Below are positions 11,090-62,113 of a stretch of DNA of 64,000 nucleotides, one piece after another. How positions within the stretch are numbered: the first letter of the stretch is position 1; each line of letters begins with the position of its first letter. Location: positions 372,001 to 436,000 of the forward strand of contig NMRA01000370.1 of assembly GCA_002633005.1 (NCBI GenBank), in the 5' to 3' direction. Origin of the DNA: Phoronis australis. Taxonomy: Eukaryota; Animalia; Phoronida. Both the position numbers and the translations under genes were made by a program. The notes under the pieces were generated by a model that worked only from the letters and a program-made list of their open reading frames with translations, was not told the DNA's origin and searched no databases.

Positions 11090-12941
11090 AATAATACACA
11101 TGCCGTCACTCTGGTCCAAAACGTCATGACATCGGAATGACATGCTAAACATTCCTATCGCGTGACTTTTACAAATTGTAACTGAAAAAATCCATACCAA
11201 TGCACCAACTCTCCAAAACAAACGGGCCAGAAGCAATCATTCTTTTTTGTGATAATTCCAATTGCCTTCTAGAAGAAATTGTACACTGCCTATCAGCGAC
11301 CAAACTTTCAAAAGAGACCAGTCACAACCGGTCATTCTAGCTACCATGACGCATTCAGTCGTCAAGACAGGGAATTCTGGGTCATTTTGTCAGATTATAT
11401 TTGGCATGTACTGTACAGTAATTCTACACTTATTTTGCAAAAACATAATTTCCACAATAACCATTTTTCAATGGCTCATTACGTTTTTCCAAAAATGAGA
11501 ACCTTTTAGTTGGCAAATGCTATTTTATGACTTATCTACATACTGCAAACCATACTTGTGATACACTAAACTAAATATGTTCTCAATCTTTACTTTTGAG
11601 GAGATATTTAATAATACAGAATTTCACTTGTCATCCATACTCTGTGCTAAGCATGTGAAGAATTATCATGTATTTGTTTAGTTTTTCAGTCATTCACAAG
11701 CATGTAACTTTGATGTTAAAAACAGAGTCCTTTCTTTACGACACTCACTTGGGTGAAAATGTTATGGAAATTCTACAATTATCCCTAAATATAATTAATA
11801 TAGTACTTACTACTTAGTATAGTGTATAAATATTAATAAATACAGTACATGAAGTAGGAAAGACACATGGACATCGACGAGCAAATTTTATCTAATCAAA
11901 AGAACGCTATCATATCTGCTCTCAGGAGTGAAAATGTTACAATTCTGGCCAATCACAGGCAATCATTACGGGCACACACAGCCAAACCACCGATCACGTC
12001 GGTGGAATGTTGAAGGCAGATCTATCACCTGATTTAAGTTCGGATGACGAGAAATAAAATCAGACTTCTGACAAGCGTTCCCATGTGAATTTTTCAGACA
12101 GCTTTCTGTTTGGACGGCATGCAAAAGTAGCAACAAAAGAGGTGCTGAGACAACACATACCAAACATCTGAATTATTCCCGGCCATCCTTGTGTTAAAAA
12201 GGTGCCTAGATCCTCTTAACTTTTCAAACCTAACAAGGCACATCACAGAGTCCAGCTTTTAAAAATCACGATCACTATTCACTATTACTGTAGTTACTAT
12301 TACATTAAAGTCCAACAGAGTTTATCATCACAACTCAAAGTGCTACTTAATAGAAAAAAAAACATTGATCACAAAAATTAACTACACAACTGGAAGTATG
12401 AGTAATCAATCCTAATACAAATTCATTTTGAAGCAGAACGAATACTTTAAGTCTAACCCACCCGACTTATGTATACAATATAGTTACAGCATTGTGGACA
12501 TGACCCCAAGCACATGGCACAGTGCCAAGCCACATCCTCGCAGAAAAGGCAATCCTACATCAACATTCTAAAACTATGAACCTAGATATTAATAACAAAA
12601 ATTACATAAAAATCTACTTCCATCCGACAACAGCATCAATCAAGGACAACAGCACATTGTTTCCATAGATACGGGGGCAAGTAAAATACATCCAGAGAGA
12701 TTTTCAGCAGCAAACTAACCCTTGAAGACTAACAGCTTTTCCTGTTAAGGATACAGTATTCTACAAAAACAGAAAACCGACCAATTGTGCATTTCACATT
12801 ATATTATCAAAATAATTTCTAAGCACCTTTAATAAAGTTTTACTGCACCTGCATTGCATTATGGACAAAACAGTAGTGCCTGTTGTAAAAGAAAAAATCT
12901 GAGGTCTCTTTCATAAAAAGTGACTTTAGACACACGTCAGT

Positions 12942-13367
12942 AATTAACCTATCGCAAGCTCCGCCCCCTAGCATAATGTCAACAAACAAACAATAAGTTT
13001 TACCCGGCAACGCGTTGTTTGTCGGGTAAAATGGCAGCTTGGAAATGAAGGTGTGTCAAGAATGCTGCCTTCTGATTGGTCAGTTAAGCCGTCATTCATA
13101 ATCCTGGCGATAGGTCAATTTTGATTTACTCTTTTACTACAACTCCACAATAACTGGATAACGAGTTTTTGCCTTGTTAGTTTTTGGCACATCACAGTTT
13201 AGAATAACTTATGAAAATTATCCAATCACCTAGCAATTGACCTATCGCCAGGATTTTGAGTGACAACTTAACTGACCAATTAAGACACACATTCGTTTCC
13301 AAGCTGAAATTTAACACGCTGCCGGGTAAAACTTATTGTTTGTTTGTCGACTTACGATAGGTCAATT
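12942..13367. mobile_element. Two copies of a ~130-160-bp MITE in opposite orientation
   Basis: 12942-13099 and 13236-13367 are each bounded by AATT(A/G)ACCTATCG / CGATAGGTCAATT; their internal sequences are reverse complements (acaaacaaacaataagttttacccggca vs tgccgggtaaaacttattgtttgtttgt). Confidence 0.65.
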
Positions 13368-13762
13368 ACAGGCGTCCTTTCGAGAGACCCTGACTGCTTC
13401 TTCTGAGGTGAGGTAAAATTATTTTTCACAAATAATTGTACGGAGCATCGGATAAAATTTCTGAATCCCTTTTAAGTCACTTTTCATGGCACAGACCCCA
13501 GCACCTAAATTCGTCATTAGCCCCACTAACTGAAAGCTTTAAGCAAATAACTATACAATATTTTTAATCAACATGTTGCTGTCTCTCTTGGGTGTTACAA
13601 AAAATTAGACAAAAGTCAAATAAAAGTCTAAAGAAAGTCTAACTTTGGTTATATCTTCCTCTCATTTTTCTCCCTTACGCAAAAAAATGATACTACAAGA
13701 GAAATCGGTTGTTCCTGAAAACATGGTTCAATAAACCCTTTTTATTAATTATCTCCCCTACA

Positions 13763-26216
<12,454 letters not shown>

Positions 26217-27146
26217 CTGAAAGATTAAAGCATAAACTACAGGGCATGGCCTAATACAACCTAACGCTAAAGCACTGGTCAGCTGCTACGAATTATCTAC
26301 TACAAAACAGCAAAAAATATAACTGTGCCTGGAATGTCTGAACACAGGCCCATCGATGGATCTTCAGAAACGACCTTTCTTAAAAAACGTCAATTGAAAC
26401 CGAATGTACGCCAGGGCGTATTTTCGGAATTTGTGTCAAACATGCCATGGTGCAATTTTTGTTAAACAAATATTAGTTGTGAAGATTTTTATGAAATAAA
26501 TACGTCATTTTCAATGTATGTAGCTGTACCTCGCTAGTAAGAATTTTATTCCTCCATACACAATGCATTAAAATTGCCCTTCACACTGTGGTAACAGAAC
26601 TATTCATTAGATTTTCATAACATGCAAACAATTACGTCCATGGGCATTCTTTTGGAAAACTTTCTGAAAATACGCACATGGGTGTATTTTGAGTGCACCT
26701 ATTTTCAGAAATTCCGAATACTAAACAAAAGCAACAATCAAAGACTCAATGCATCTGAAATTGTTTGACACAGGAGAACTTAATGCGTAAGGTGAAATCA
26801 ACAAAGTAAAAAAGTAAATGACGTCAAAAACACAAAAATTGGTCTTTTTATGAATCTCGGAGTAGCCACAGTGAATGACAGAAAAAGGTCTTGTGCAAGG
26901 TAAGGAAATTGGACCATGGCTATAAGACCCACGACACTCATTATAAAAGCTTGTGTGATCACGTGTCTCACTTGTAACGCATGCGATATCTCAAATCAAG
27001 GCATGGTATGCAGACTGGTGCAATTGCACGGTAAGTTACTAAGCCAGCGATGATTAGGAACGTATGTGAGATGTCACACAAGACGAACGAGCATGTGACA
27101 GTGAATGAAATAAAATGTAAAGTGACGAGCGACGAACAATAAATCC

Positions 27147-27420
27147 AGGAGGCAGTGAGGCCTAGTGGGTTGAGTGTTCACCTCCTGTTCTGAAGGCCCG
27201 GGTTCAATTCCCACTGGAACCCACTGCTAAACCCATGTGAGCCCATTGCACTGATCACCTGGGACTATTTTTATGCTTTACTAAATAGTATACAGTTATA
27301 TGCAAGCTGAGGAGCTAGCAACCTGACTCAAGGGCTTAGGAGTGTGACCGAGTGGGACTCAAACCCACGACCTCGAGTAAAGAAAGCGGGCACCTATCAC
27401 ACTTGGTCACACTGCCTCCT
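27147..27420. mobile_element. Two tRNA-derived SINE heads in inverted (convergent) orientation
   Basis: + copy: GGAGGCAGTGAGGCCTAGTGG...GGTTCAATTCCC. - copy: GGAGGCAGTGTGACCAAGTG...GGTTTGAGTCCC. Ends AGGAGGCAGTG / CACTGCCTCCT. Confidence 0.6.
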
Positions 27421-27539
27421 CTAATAAGCTGAAAGCGTACCAAGATATTTTGAGAATATCAAATATACTCAACACCTGTAAAGTCTATTATATCAGAATC
27501 CTGGTCAAATTCAATTTTTCGAAAAATATTTGCAGCTTT

Positions 27540-29060
27540 TGTATCGCTCCGTTGTCCAAAATGAAACTTTAAAATTTGGCTGTAATGAGGCGTTTCCATC
27601 GTTTAGCATGGATTAGTACAAAGTTACCAAAGTCCAAGCCAGCATCACTCTGCGGAATACATCTGACCAGGCCATCAGGGGATGCAGTATCCAGTCACGC
27701 ACCGGAAGGAAGTGGTCCACCACTTTAGCGATCAGTGAAGCAGAGAGTCGGCTGAGGCACAGGCAGTTAGTAGGAACAGCTTGCCAGGGTAGGCAAGGGC
27801 TGGGCTACAAGACCGGTAAGCCAACAAGGGAAAGATCTAAAGACCCAGGCAGAGACAGAATAATCAGGGAGGTCAGATCATCAGAGAACGAAGAAAGGTA
27901 CCCCGAGCAGTCCAGATGGGCCAACAGGGAGCATGGACCAAGTGGGACAAAGTCTTACAAAGGAAAGTCAAGTGGGCTGATTTGTGGAAGATGTCTCCTC
28001 TGAAAGCCAAATTCCTCATTAGATCTGTTTACGATGTACTGCCGACTTCCTGCAACCTTGCTACTTGGGGCCTTGCTGACAACACAAGCTGTATTCAGTG
28101 TGGACGCAGATGTACGTTAGAGCACATCCTATCATCTTGCAGCGTGTCCTTGGCATCAGGAAGGTACACTTACCGACACAACCAGGTACTCAAAGTTTTT
28201 GCAAGGGTGTTGGTCGACGAGGTGAAGAGCAAACCGAAGCCGAGAAGCCACCGCGTCGAATTCATCAATTTCATAAGAAGTGGTGATGAGGCGAGTAAAA
28301 GGAAGACCCCTGCGCAGAAAGGTATCCTGCACACAGCCAACGACTGGAGAGTGTTGGCAGACCTTTCCGGTCATCAGTCATTCTTCCCTCAACACATTGT
28401 CCAGACGACCCGGCGCCCTGACTTGGTTATATACTCGGACAGTTCCCACCAGGTCATCTTAATTGAGCTCACTATCCCGTGGCAGAGTAGGGTGGAAGAG
28501 GCACACGAGCGAAAGAACTTGAAGTAAAAGCAGACCTTAGGAATGATTGTCATGTTAACGGCTAGAGATGTTGGAGTTTTCCTGTGGAGGTCGGCTGCCG
28601 GGGTTTTCCAGCCAGTTCGATCATTACCATGGCGAGGTGTCTTGGCGTCTCAGTGTCGGGAAAGAAGGCTCTGCTACGCGACGCAGCCACTGAAGCTGAA
28701 CAGGCATCTTGTTGGATTTGGATTAAATACCAACAGCAACACCACCAACAACCGTCAGACAGAGCCTGATCAACTCTGTTGTCTCGCCTACTAGAGATGG
28801 TCTTGGTTTAGGGACGAAACCATTAAGGACAGTAGGAGACCAACTGAAGATGGCGGTTGAGCACTGTTCCATCAAGTGTTTAAAGTAAGTTCGACAGAGA
28901 TATGTACGCTGAATTGATGAAGGTCCCTGCGAAACAACGCCTGAAGAAGGGTTCCATACCGTTGCTGTTGATTCCCGGCAGTGCCCCGTCGCCAGCCCCG
29001 AGAAGTGCATTTTTGAAGTGAGAAGCCTTGCGAGCTGTGGCCACTATAAACAGTGACTGG
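27540..29060 (+). pseudogene. THAP-domain transposon gene remnant split by a retrotransposon insertion
   Basis: 27540-27604 gives CIAP..C...FHRF with frameshifts; 28890-29060 gives FDRDMYAELMKVPAKQRLKKGSIP...RSAFLK*EALRAV, resembling the THAP AVPT-box region. A Kolobok-like end GGTTGCCTTCGCCTTTAA ends at 29754. Confidence 0.5.
27610..28885 (+). mobile_element. 5'-truncated, inactivated non-LTR retrotransposon with a restriction-like endonuclease (HERO-like)
   Basis: RTGRKW...AESRLRH...GRQGLG, frameshift near 27900, then QQGAWTKW, CCHC knuckle CIQC...EHILSSC, RHNQVL, RPDLV, IELTIPW...EEAHERK; stop at 28525-28527 where KY is expected; then EVGCRGF in another frame. Confidence 0.85.
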
Positions 29061-30249
29061 AAGCACTTCATCTACTGTCACCCATGCCTCCGAATGTACC
29101 CAATAGCGTGCAATTCCAGGAACTAGCAGTGATTCCCCGTATGCTGTTGTCTCTAGCCCAGAGCCTGTAAGCAGCCCTGTAGCGATGTTGAGTAGTGGGA
29201 GTGAATACAGGCCCAGTTTGGCACCCAGTGAAAAGGACAGTTCGTCATCCAATGAACAGATCGGTGAGTCTAAGTTTGATAAGTTTATTGTGGATTTGTA
29301 TTGGAGCTATTTAGAAGGTGCCACGTGTGTGACGAGGGAGTCGCACGGCGGGATGTAAGCAGTTTGGGTGCTCAAGTCACCATCCACTGGAAGTGTGTCG
29401 CGGGACACTCGGGTCAGTGGGACAGTTCTTCCTCTGTACGTGAGACGATAATGAGTACTTCTCGGTAGGCAGCAACAGCGTGGCATGTTGTCTGACTCGT
29501 AAACAAAAGCAAACGACGACCGAACTTATCACAACCGAGGTAGAACAATGACTGACTCGACTGCTCTCATAGTCGGACTGTATGAAAAGAAATTGGCGCG
29601 AAATTCTTGCCTCCCAAAATGTCACTTCCGGAGTAGATGACGAGTAATTAATTAAATTACGAAAAGCTGTAAATAAGTGAAAAGTATGACTGTTATAATC
29701 AACGAACCCTATTTTTGCTGAAAATGACATGAAAAAGGTTGCCTTCGCCTTTAATGCATGAGGGCGTACAAACTAATGAATACACAGAAGTGTCTAGAGT
29801 TCATGTCTTAGCTCATTTCGGTGCCTGTGAACGTGAGACAGTGGTTCAGATACCATAGTTACTCTTCTAATTTGTCACTTTAATGTTGTATAAGAAGAAT
29901 TGTTAAAAAATAGCAACTCATGTATATAGCATGCACGACACAAGAGGAGGCTCAGCACAGGCAGTCCTACCGTAACACATTACCTAGGTGTGCACATGCA
30001 CAGTGCTATTTGGGATTCTAATTGGGGCAAGTGATTTTTTTGTTCGGGCAAGTAAAAGTTTCAATTACTTAAAAAGTTAATGTTGAGCCCTGTAGAGCAA
30101 TTATCGAACAAAAGAGCGCAGGCTCTCCAACCATGAATGCCAGAATGGAGTTAATCAGTCGTGTAAGATATTGGCTATGGGGGGTTAACTTCCCAACTTA
30201 TTGTTGGGCTATAGAATCGAACAAGTTGGGAGCAAACGGGATGTCGCTG

Positions 30250-31180
30250 TCATGTGAGCTCATGCTAATTTAAGTGTTTGCTGGCAAAAACTGTTGTGAA
30301 ACAACTCAGTTGATTTCCATCCCACGGCCTGGTGTTAGGGAGTCTTTATTTACATTTACATTATTAAAATAATGATTGTCAGTGTACAACTTCTGCCCTG
30401 ACGGTGCTGTGGCCAAAGCGGAACCTGTCAGCTGGGAATTCGTGGCCCTCGACGTGTAAGTAGATTTGCAGTTTCGTGGGTAATTCACCAGCATAATCAC
30501 GTGCACATTACTTTGGCTCACTAGTATTTTCTTGGCTGAAAATTTAGTTTCCAACTTTCGCTGGTTTATGTTCGTGATGTCTGATCAGTTTCCGAGCCAC
30601 TGGCTGGCGGGATAACGAGCCAATCCACCGGCTGGCCGGCCGCTGGGACGGGCCTGATCGTGCTCCGAGCCACTGGCCAGGATAACAAGGGTTTTGTGTG
30701 TTTAGAACTCAAAGAATCACAAGTCTAAACAACACAGATCTAGGTTCTCCTGTCTGTATCTCATGGAAAATACTTCGAATTTATCTCCGAACACACCCCA
30801 AACTTCTGCTACGGACCATATATTGGCCTGCCGAACTTTGTAGGCTACGGTGTGTCCAAATACCAACAAATCCATAACAGCAAAATAAAACAACAACACG
30901 TTTTTATTAGAGCTCGGTGCATTTTTAAGGGTTTTACATTGAAGTTTGATGATTTATTGATGTTAAACGATGAGTTCAAGCGATAAGCTGACACCAGTAA
31001 CCCGTGTTGTGAACTGCTGAACAGACTGCGTGTGAAACCGATGACGTCATTGGATAATTTCAACACCTCCGTCTGCCATCAGGTGTCAGGTAACGCAACC
31101 GTACTTGGCTATATGGAGTAGAACTACTCGATCTAAATTGATACAAATTAGGTTGTTTTTTGGGTGGCATGCTCCTTTAA
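30250..31180 (-). mobile_element. Partial Kolobok-like non-autonomous element, inverted relative of 43427-45102
   Basis: Ends TTGGGTGGCATGCTCCTTTAA (31180); its reverse complement aligns by eye with ~43430-44300 (e.g. ggcagacggaggtgttgaaatt, aacacacactaa, aagttggaaactaaa). Confidence 0.7.
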
Positions 31181-31443
31181 TGATAGTATCAGATTTGGTA
31201 CACTGTTGACTGGTTTTTAGAAGTTGTACTTTAGAGTTTCATTTAATCTTGTAGCTATAGTATCAGTTGTTGAAAATAAATAAGAATATGCTAGTAATAG
31301 TCTTATTTGTCTTCTAGCTGTTTCTAATTGTATTTTGACCTGTTTTGTGTCAGTTATGTTGCTGGCTATGTCTTATCATTAATGTTTAACTTTCAATTAA
31401 TATATTTAAGAAGCCATTTGTATACAGTATTTTTTCCTTTTAG

Positions 31444-58067
<26,624 letters not shown>

Positions 58068-58542
58068 AATGGTCAAATGTTGCCTGCTTGCTAGAACTTA
58101 GCACTCAAGTACTACGTTTACACATCAGGTTGATTTGCAGAATGATCTACAAATAGCATGCTGATAACATGCTAGTTAATATTACTTGAGTGATTCACTG
58201 GATGGTGACAGATCTCAGGGTGCAGGTTGCTAAGCAGCCAGCAGCCCCAAAGTTCTGAAGCCTTGGCTGGTGCATTTTTACTATCGGGATCCTCTGCAGT
58301 TATTTGGTAATGTGATATTGTCAAACTGATGAAATTTGTATGGTGAAAATACTTTGTACCTGAGTATGTGATATGGAGTCTGGGAGACGGCACATTTCAT
58401 TGTGTTATGAATTGCCAGTAACACCCCTAAAGATTTATACCAGCTTTATAAGCACACAGTCATCTGCATCACTGACAGCATCATGATTTTTCTCATTAAT
58501 TTTATCAACATCGTCATCTAGCCTATTGATTGGAGTATCTTT

Positions 58543-58682
58543 TGTATTTCTGAATATGCTAAAATGTATTTCTGAATATGCTAAAATGTATTTCTGAATA
58601 TGCTAAAATGTATTTCTGAATATGCTAAAATGTATTTCTGAATATGCTAAAATGTATTTCTGAATATGCTAAAATGTATTTC
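58543..58682. repeat. 22-bp tandem repeat x6 in the IRE1 3' UTR region
   Basis: TGTATTTCTGAATATGCTAAAA units. Confidence 0.9.
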
Positions 58683-60928
58683 ACTTTGCAATCTGTAGTA
58701 GATCGTGATCAAATTTTTTGTTGTACTAGGTTTTGAAAGGTTGAGGGTTTACGTTCATTTGTTGTCTCATAAACTGTATCATAGATGACTTTATATCTGA
58801 TAGTAACTTGGTTTATGTTTCAATAACATGCTGTGTTTGTGCCTATTGTGCATTGTATGGCCTACTTAAAATGTGGATTAAGTCACTTGCGTTGTTTGCA
58901 TTTATTGTTTTTATGTTAAAATAGTGAGTTGTTCATACGGTTTAAAAATGAATCATCTTACAACAACTTTTTTATTTTCACTTTGCATTTAACATATCAT
59001 CCTATGTGGTCAGAATTAAGATATACAGTTATGCATATAAAGTGGCCAAATTCAAACAAGAATGAATGAACTTTATAATATAGATACTATCTGTATAACT
59101 AATCGAAACTGCTTTCCGTGGATGCTAGAATTTCATGAGTAAAGCATGTGTAGTCATATGCTTTGCTTGCAATGCATGGGGGTGAAGTCTTGCGAGATCT
59201 TAGACATACGTTTCGTAGGGTTTATCGTGTCATGGTACGCTGTCCAGAATTCCACTTGACTCATAGTAAAATTAGGAGTTGTGTGAAGTGTTGGCATTTA
59301 ATGACTGGCTGTGTGTGGCTTGGAGTCACAATGACTAGGAAGTAATACACTGTCAATCTCATTTTAGATTGTCTTTGAAAAGATTTTGGGATTTTTATAA
59401 CATTTATTCTTTGACTAAAATAAAATACTGTGGAGCAAAATTCACCGAAGAATTTTAATCAGCAGTTCACATGTTAGCTCCTTGTTTTATTAACACAAAA
59501 TGATGGACATGGGCAGCTATAGCCCCCAGTTTTTTCAGTGCTGCGCCGCCCATGATGGAGTAGCTTAAATTTAACTTGTGTGTTGAATAGTACACAGAAT
59601 GAGTCTCATGGCAGTTTAATGAACAACAGGAGAATTCTTGCCGCACTAGTACACATTATTTTGAGCTTGGTTGGTAACTAGATTGAATAGTAGCTTAGAA
59701 TTTTGCGGATGGTTGTAAGTCGTGGGTGACATGTTCTGACATCTGATTGGTTTGTGAGCTGAAAGTCATCATCCATAACCAATAAAATGTTGAGGAAGCC
59801 CGCTGGAAAGGCATTCAAGTGTAGTCTATGTGAGATGGATAATCATTACATTCTTGGTGTTCAGTAAAACTGATGTGTTCCAAAACTTTTGTAGCCAAAG
59901 TTATAGATTATTGAAAATGTTTCAGAATTGTTCATATTGTGAGAAATGAGTTTTTTTTTATTGGGAATTGACAGCATAATGAACAGACAGGTCTTACAGT
60001 TTTCTCTAGAATGCATCCACCCGGAAATTTTAACTCAAAAATGTTTGTGTCTCTCTCTGTTATGAATTCGTAGTTGTTAACGTTCGGTAGTGAAAAGATT
60101 GGGACATCTTGATCTTGGATGCCCAATTTCCATGTAAAATCTGGTAACAACATGCTTTTATTTATTAATTGTACCTTTGCAATGGCAATGGAGGAGTTGT
60201 GTGGAAAAGCACAAAGGTAAATAGCGAAGTGTGTGATCACCATCAGATATGTTAGGATATTCTGATACTGTTGCAGGACATTCTGATACTGTTGTAGGAC
60301 TTGGGATGAGGCTTCAAAAATTGAAACTTGTCAGCTTGATGCTGAATTAGATATATGGTACTAGGTATTATTCAAGCTTGTGCTAAATTTACCTTATAAA
60401 GTCATCATTGTCATCAGTTTTCTACTTTGAACCATTTTGTGTTTGGTGAAAAGCTCATAACTTTGTGTTCAGAAGGCTTTTTTCTATTTGCAGACTTCTT
60501 CATAAAATGTTGCAGACTATTTTTTTAGAGTGAGCTGCCATTCATTTATTTCAAAACACAACACTGTTTTGCAAATTCTATTTCCCCTTGCTTGATGATT
60601 CATTTGTTGCCAGGGTATATGTTTTGTATTCCTTTGATGTGACTACGTCATGCACAGTCCCATACTGTTGTAGTTTGCTTTAAGTCATAACACAGAAGCT
60701 ATTAGTCAATTGATATGGTTTATGAACTCGTGTATCTGCACACGTCATATTGTAAATTGTTGAACACACTTCTCTTAAGAAGCTACACTACATCAAGTTA
60801 TATGTACTATTCATGTTCATTTCATGAAACTGTCTTGAAAGGTATAAACATTTTAATTTGTAGAAGTCATCTCAGTTGTATTGTGTATTTATTTATGGGA
60901 TGAGGGTTTGTGCATTCTATTTAGTGTT

Positions 60929-62113
60929 TTGGATTAAAAATGCAATAAATACTGTATAAAGAAATCAATCATTGTCTTTGTATTTTACAAAGAAATATAC
61001 TATTCCATTGTGCACTACCTGAGTGACCAGATGCAGTATAATTAAGCTGACATTGCTCAGCTTGTGGTGGTCATTATGCACATGGTGGCTGCAATTGACT
61101 TCACAGGTTCTGCAGAGTCATGTGGCTTAAAGACATCTGATTGGTCTGTTGGTCGGACATTGTCATCGAAAACTAATCAGATATTTTAGCCGTTGACCCA
61201 ACAGAAACAGCAAAATCAGACAAGTGTACCCAACATATTATTTCAAGTTGGCACTTCCTGTGACCGAGAGCCATACTGAACTATTTTTATTGACGTTGGA
61301 AGTGGCATGCATATTGCATTGAAATGTATTTGGATAATCATGCTGCCGGTAGAGAGCTTGGCATGCAAAAANACATGGTGAACAGAGACACCTGGTGGCT
61401 GCCAAAAGTATTGCTCACAGGCTACTTTAGTTTTTGACAATATTGGACAAGACAACTAGTTCTTGTCTGTCAATCATCTAAGTTCTTAACAGGTCCTCCT
61501 GGAGGCAATTTGTTTGCAAGTATTGGATTTTATATTTCAACCTATAAAAATAATTAAAAAATTATGGGTCATGGGTTGGAGAAATAAATGAAAAATATGG
61601 GCGGTGGGTACGAAATAAAAGTGCCTTCCCCCCCTCCCATACAGATTTTGCTGGAACAGCCCTTATTGCTTTGGATTAAAAATGCAATAAATACTGTAAA
61701 GAAATCAATCATTGTCTTTGTATTTTACAAAGAAATATACTATTCCACTGTGCACTACCTGAGTGACCAGATGCAGTATAATTAAGCTGACATTGCTCAG
61801 CTTGTGGTGGTCATTTTTTTATGCACATTGTGGCTGCAATTGACTTCACAGGTTCTGCAGTCATGTGGCTTAAAGACATCTGATTGGTCTGTTGGTCTGA
61901 CATTGTCATCGAAAACTAATCAGATATTTTAGCCGTTGACCCAACAGAAACAGCAAAATTAGACAAGTGTACCCAACATATTATTTCAAGTTGGCACTTC
62001 CTGTGACCAAGAGCCATACTGAACTATTTTTATTGACGTTGGAAGTGGCATGCATATTGCATTGAAATGTATTTGGATAATCATGCTGCCGGTAGAGGGC
62101 TTGGCATGCAAAA
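60929..62113. repeat. ~440-bp direct duplication (60929-61371 and 61670-62113) around a single-N join; contains a candidate IRE1 polyadenylation signal
   Basis: Near-identical blocks starting TTGGATTAAAAATGCAATAAATACTGT; N at 61372; AATAAA at ~60944. Confidence 0.75.

Noticed and set aside
27916-28527. Intact 203-aa host gene
   Set aside because: It is a fragment of a retrotransposon ORF bounded by a frameshift and a premature stop, with no RT domain.
29017-29019. In-frame TGA in THAP remnants as selenocysteine or readthrough
   Set aside because: More simply CGA->TGA decay in a dead transposon; other frameshifts are present and no SECIS was recognised.
31287-31316. ATG CTA GTA ATA GTC TTA TTT GTC TTC as the IRE1 signal peptide
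   Set aside because: It is followed immediately by TAG with no usable donor.
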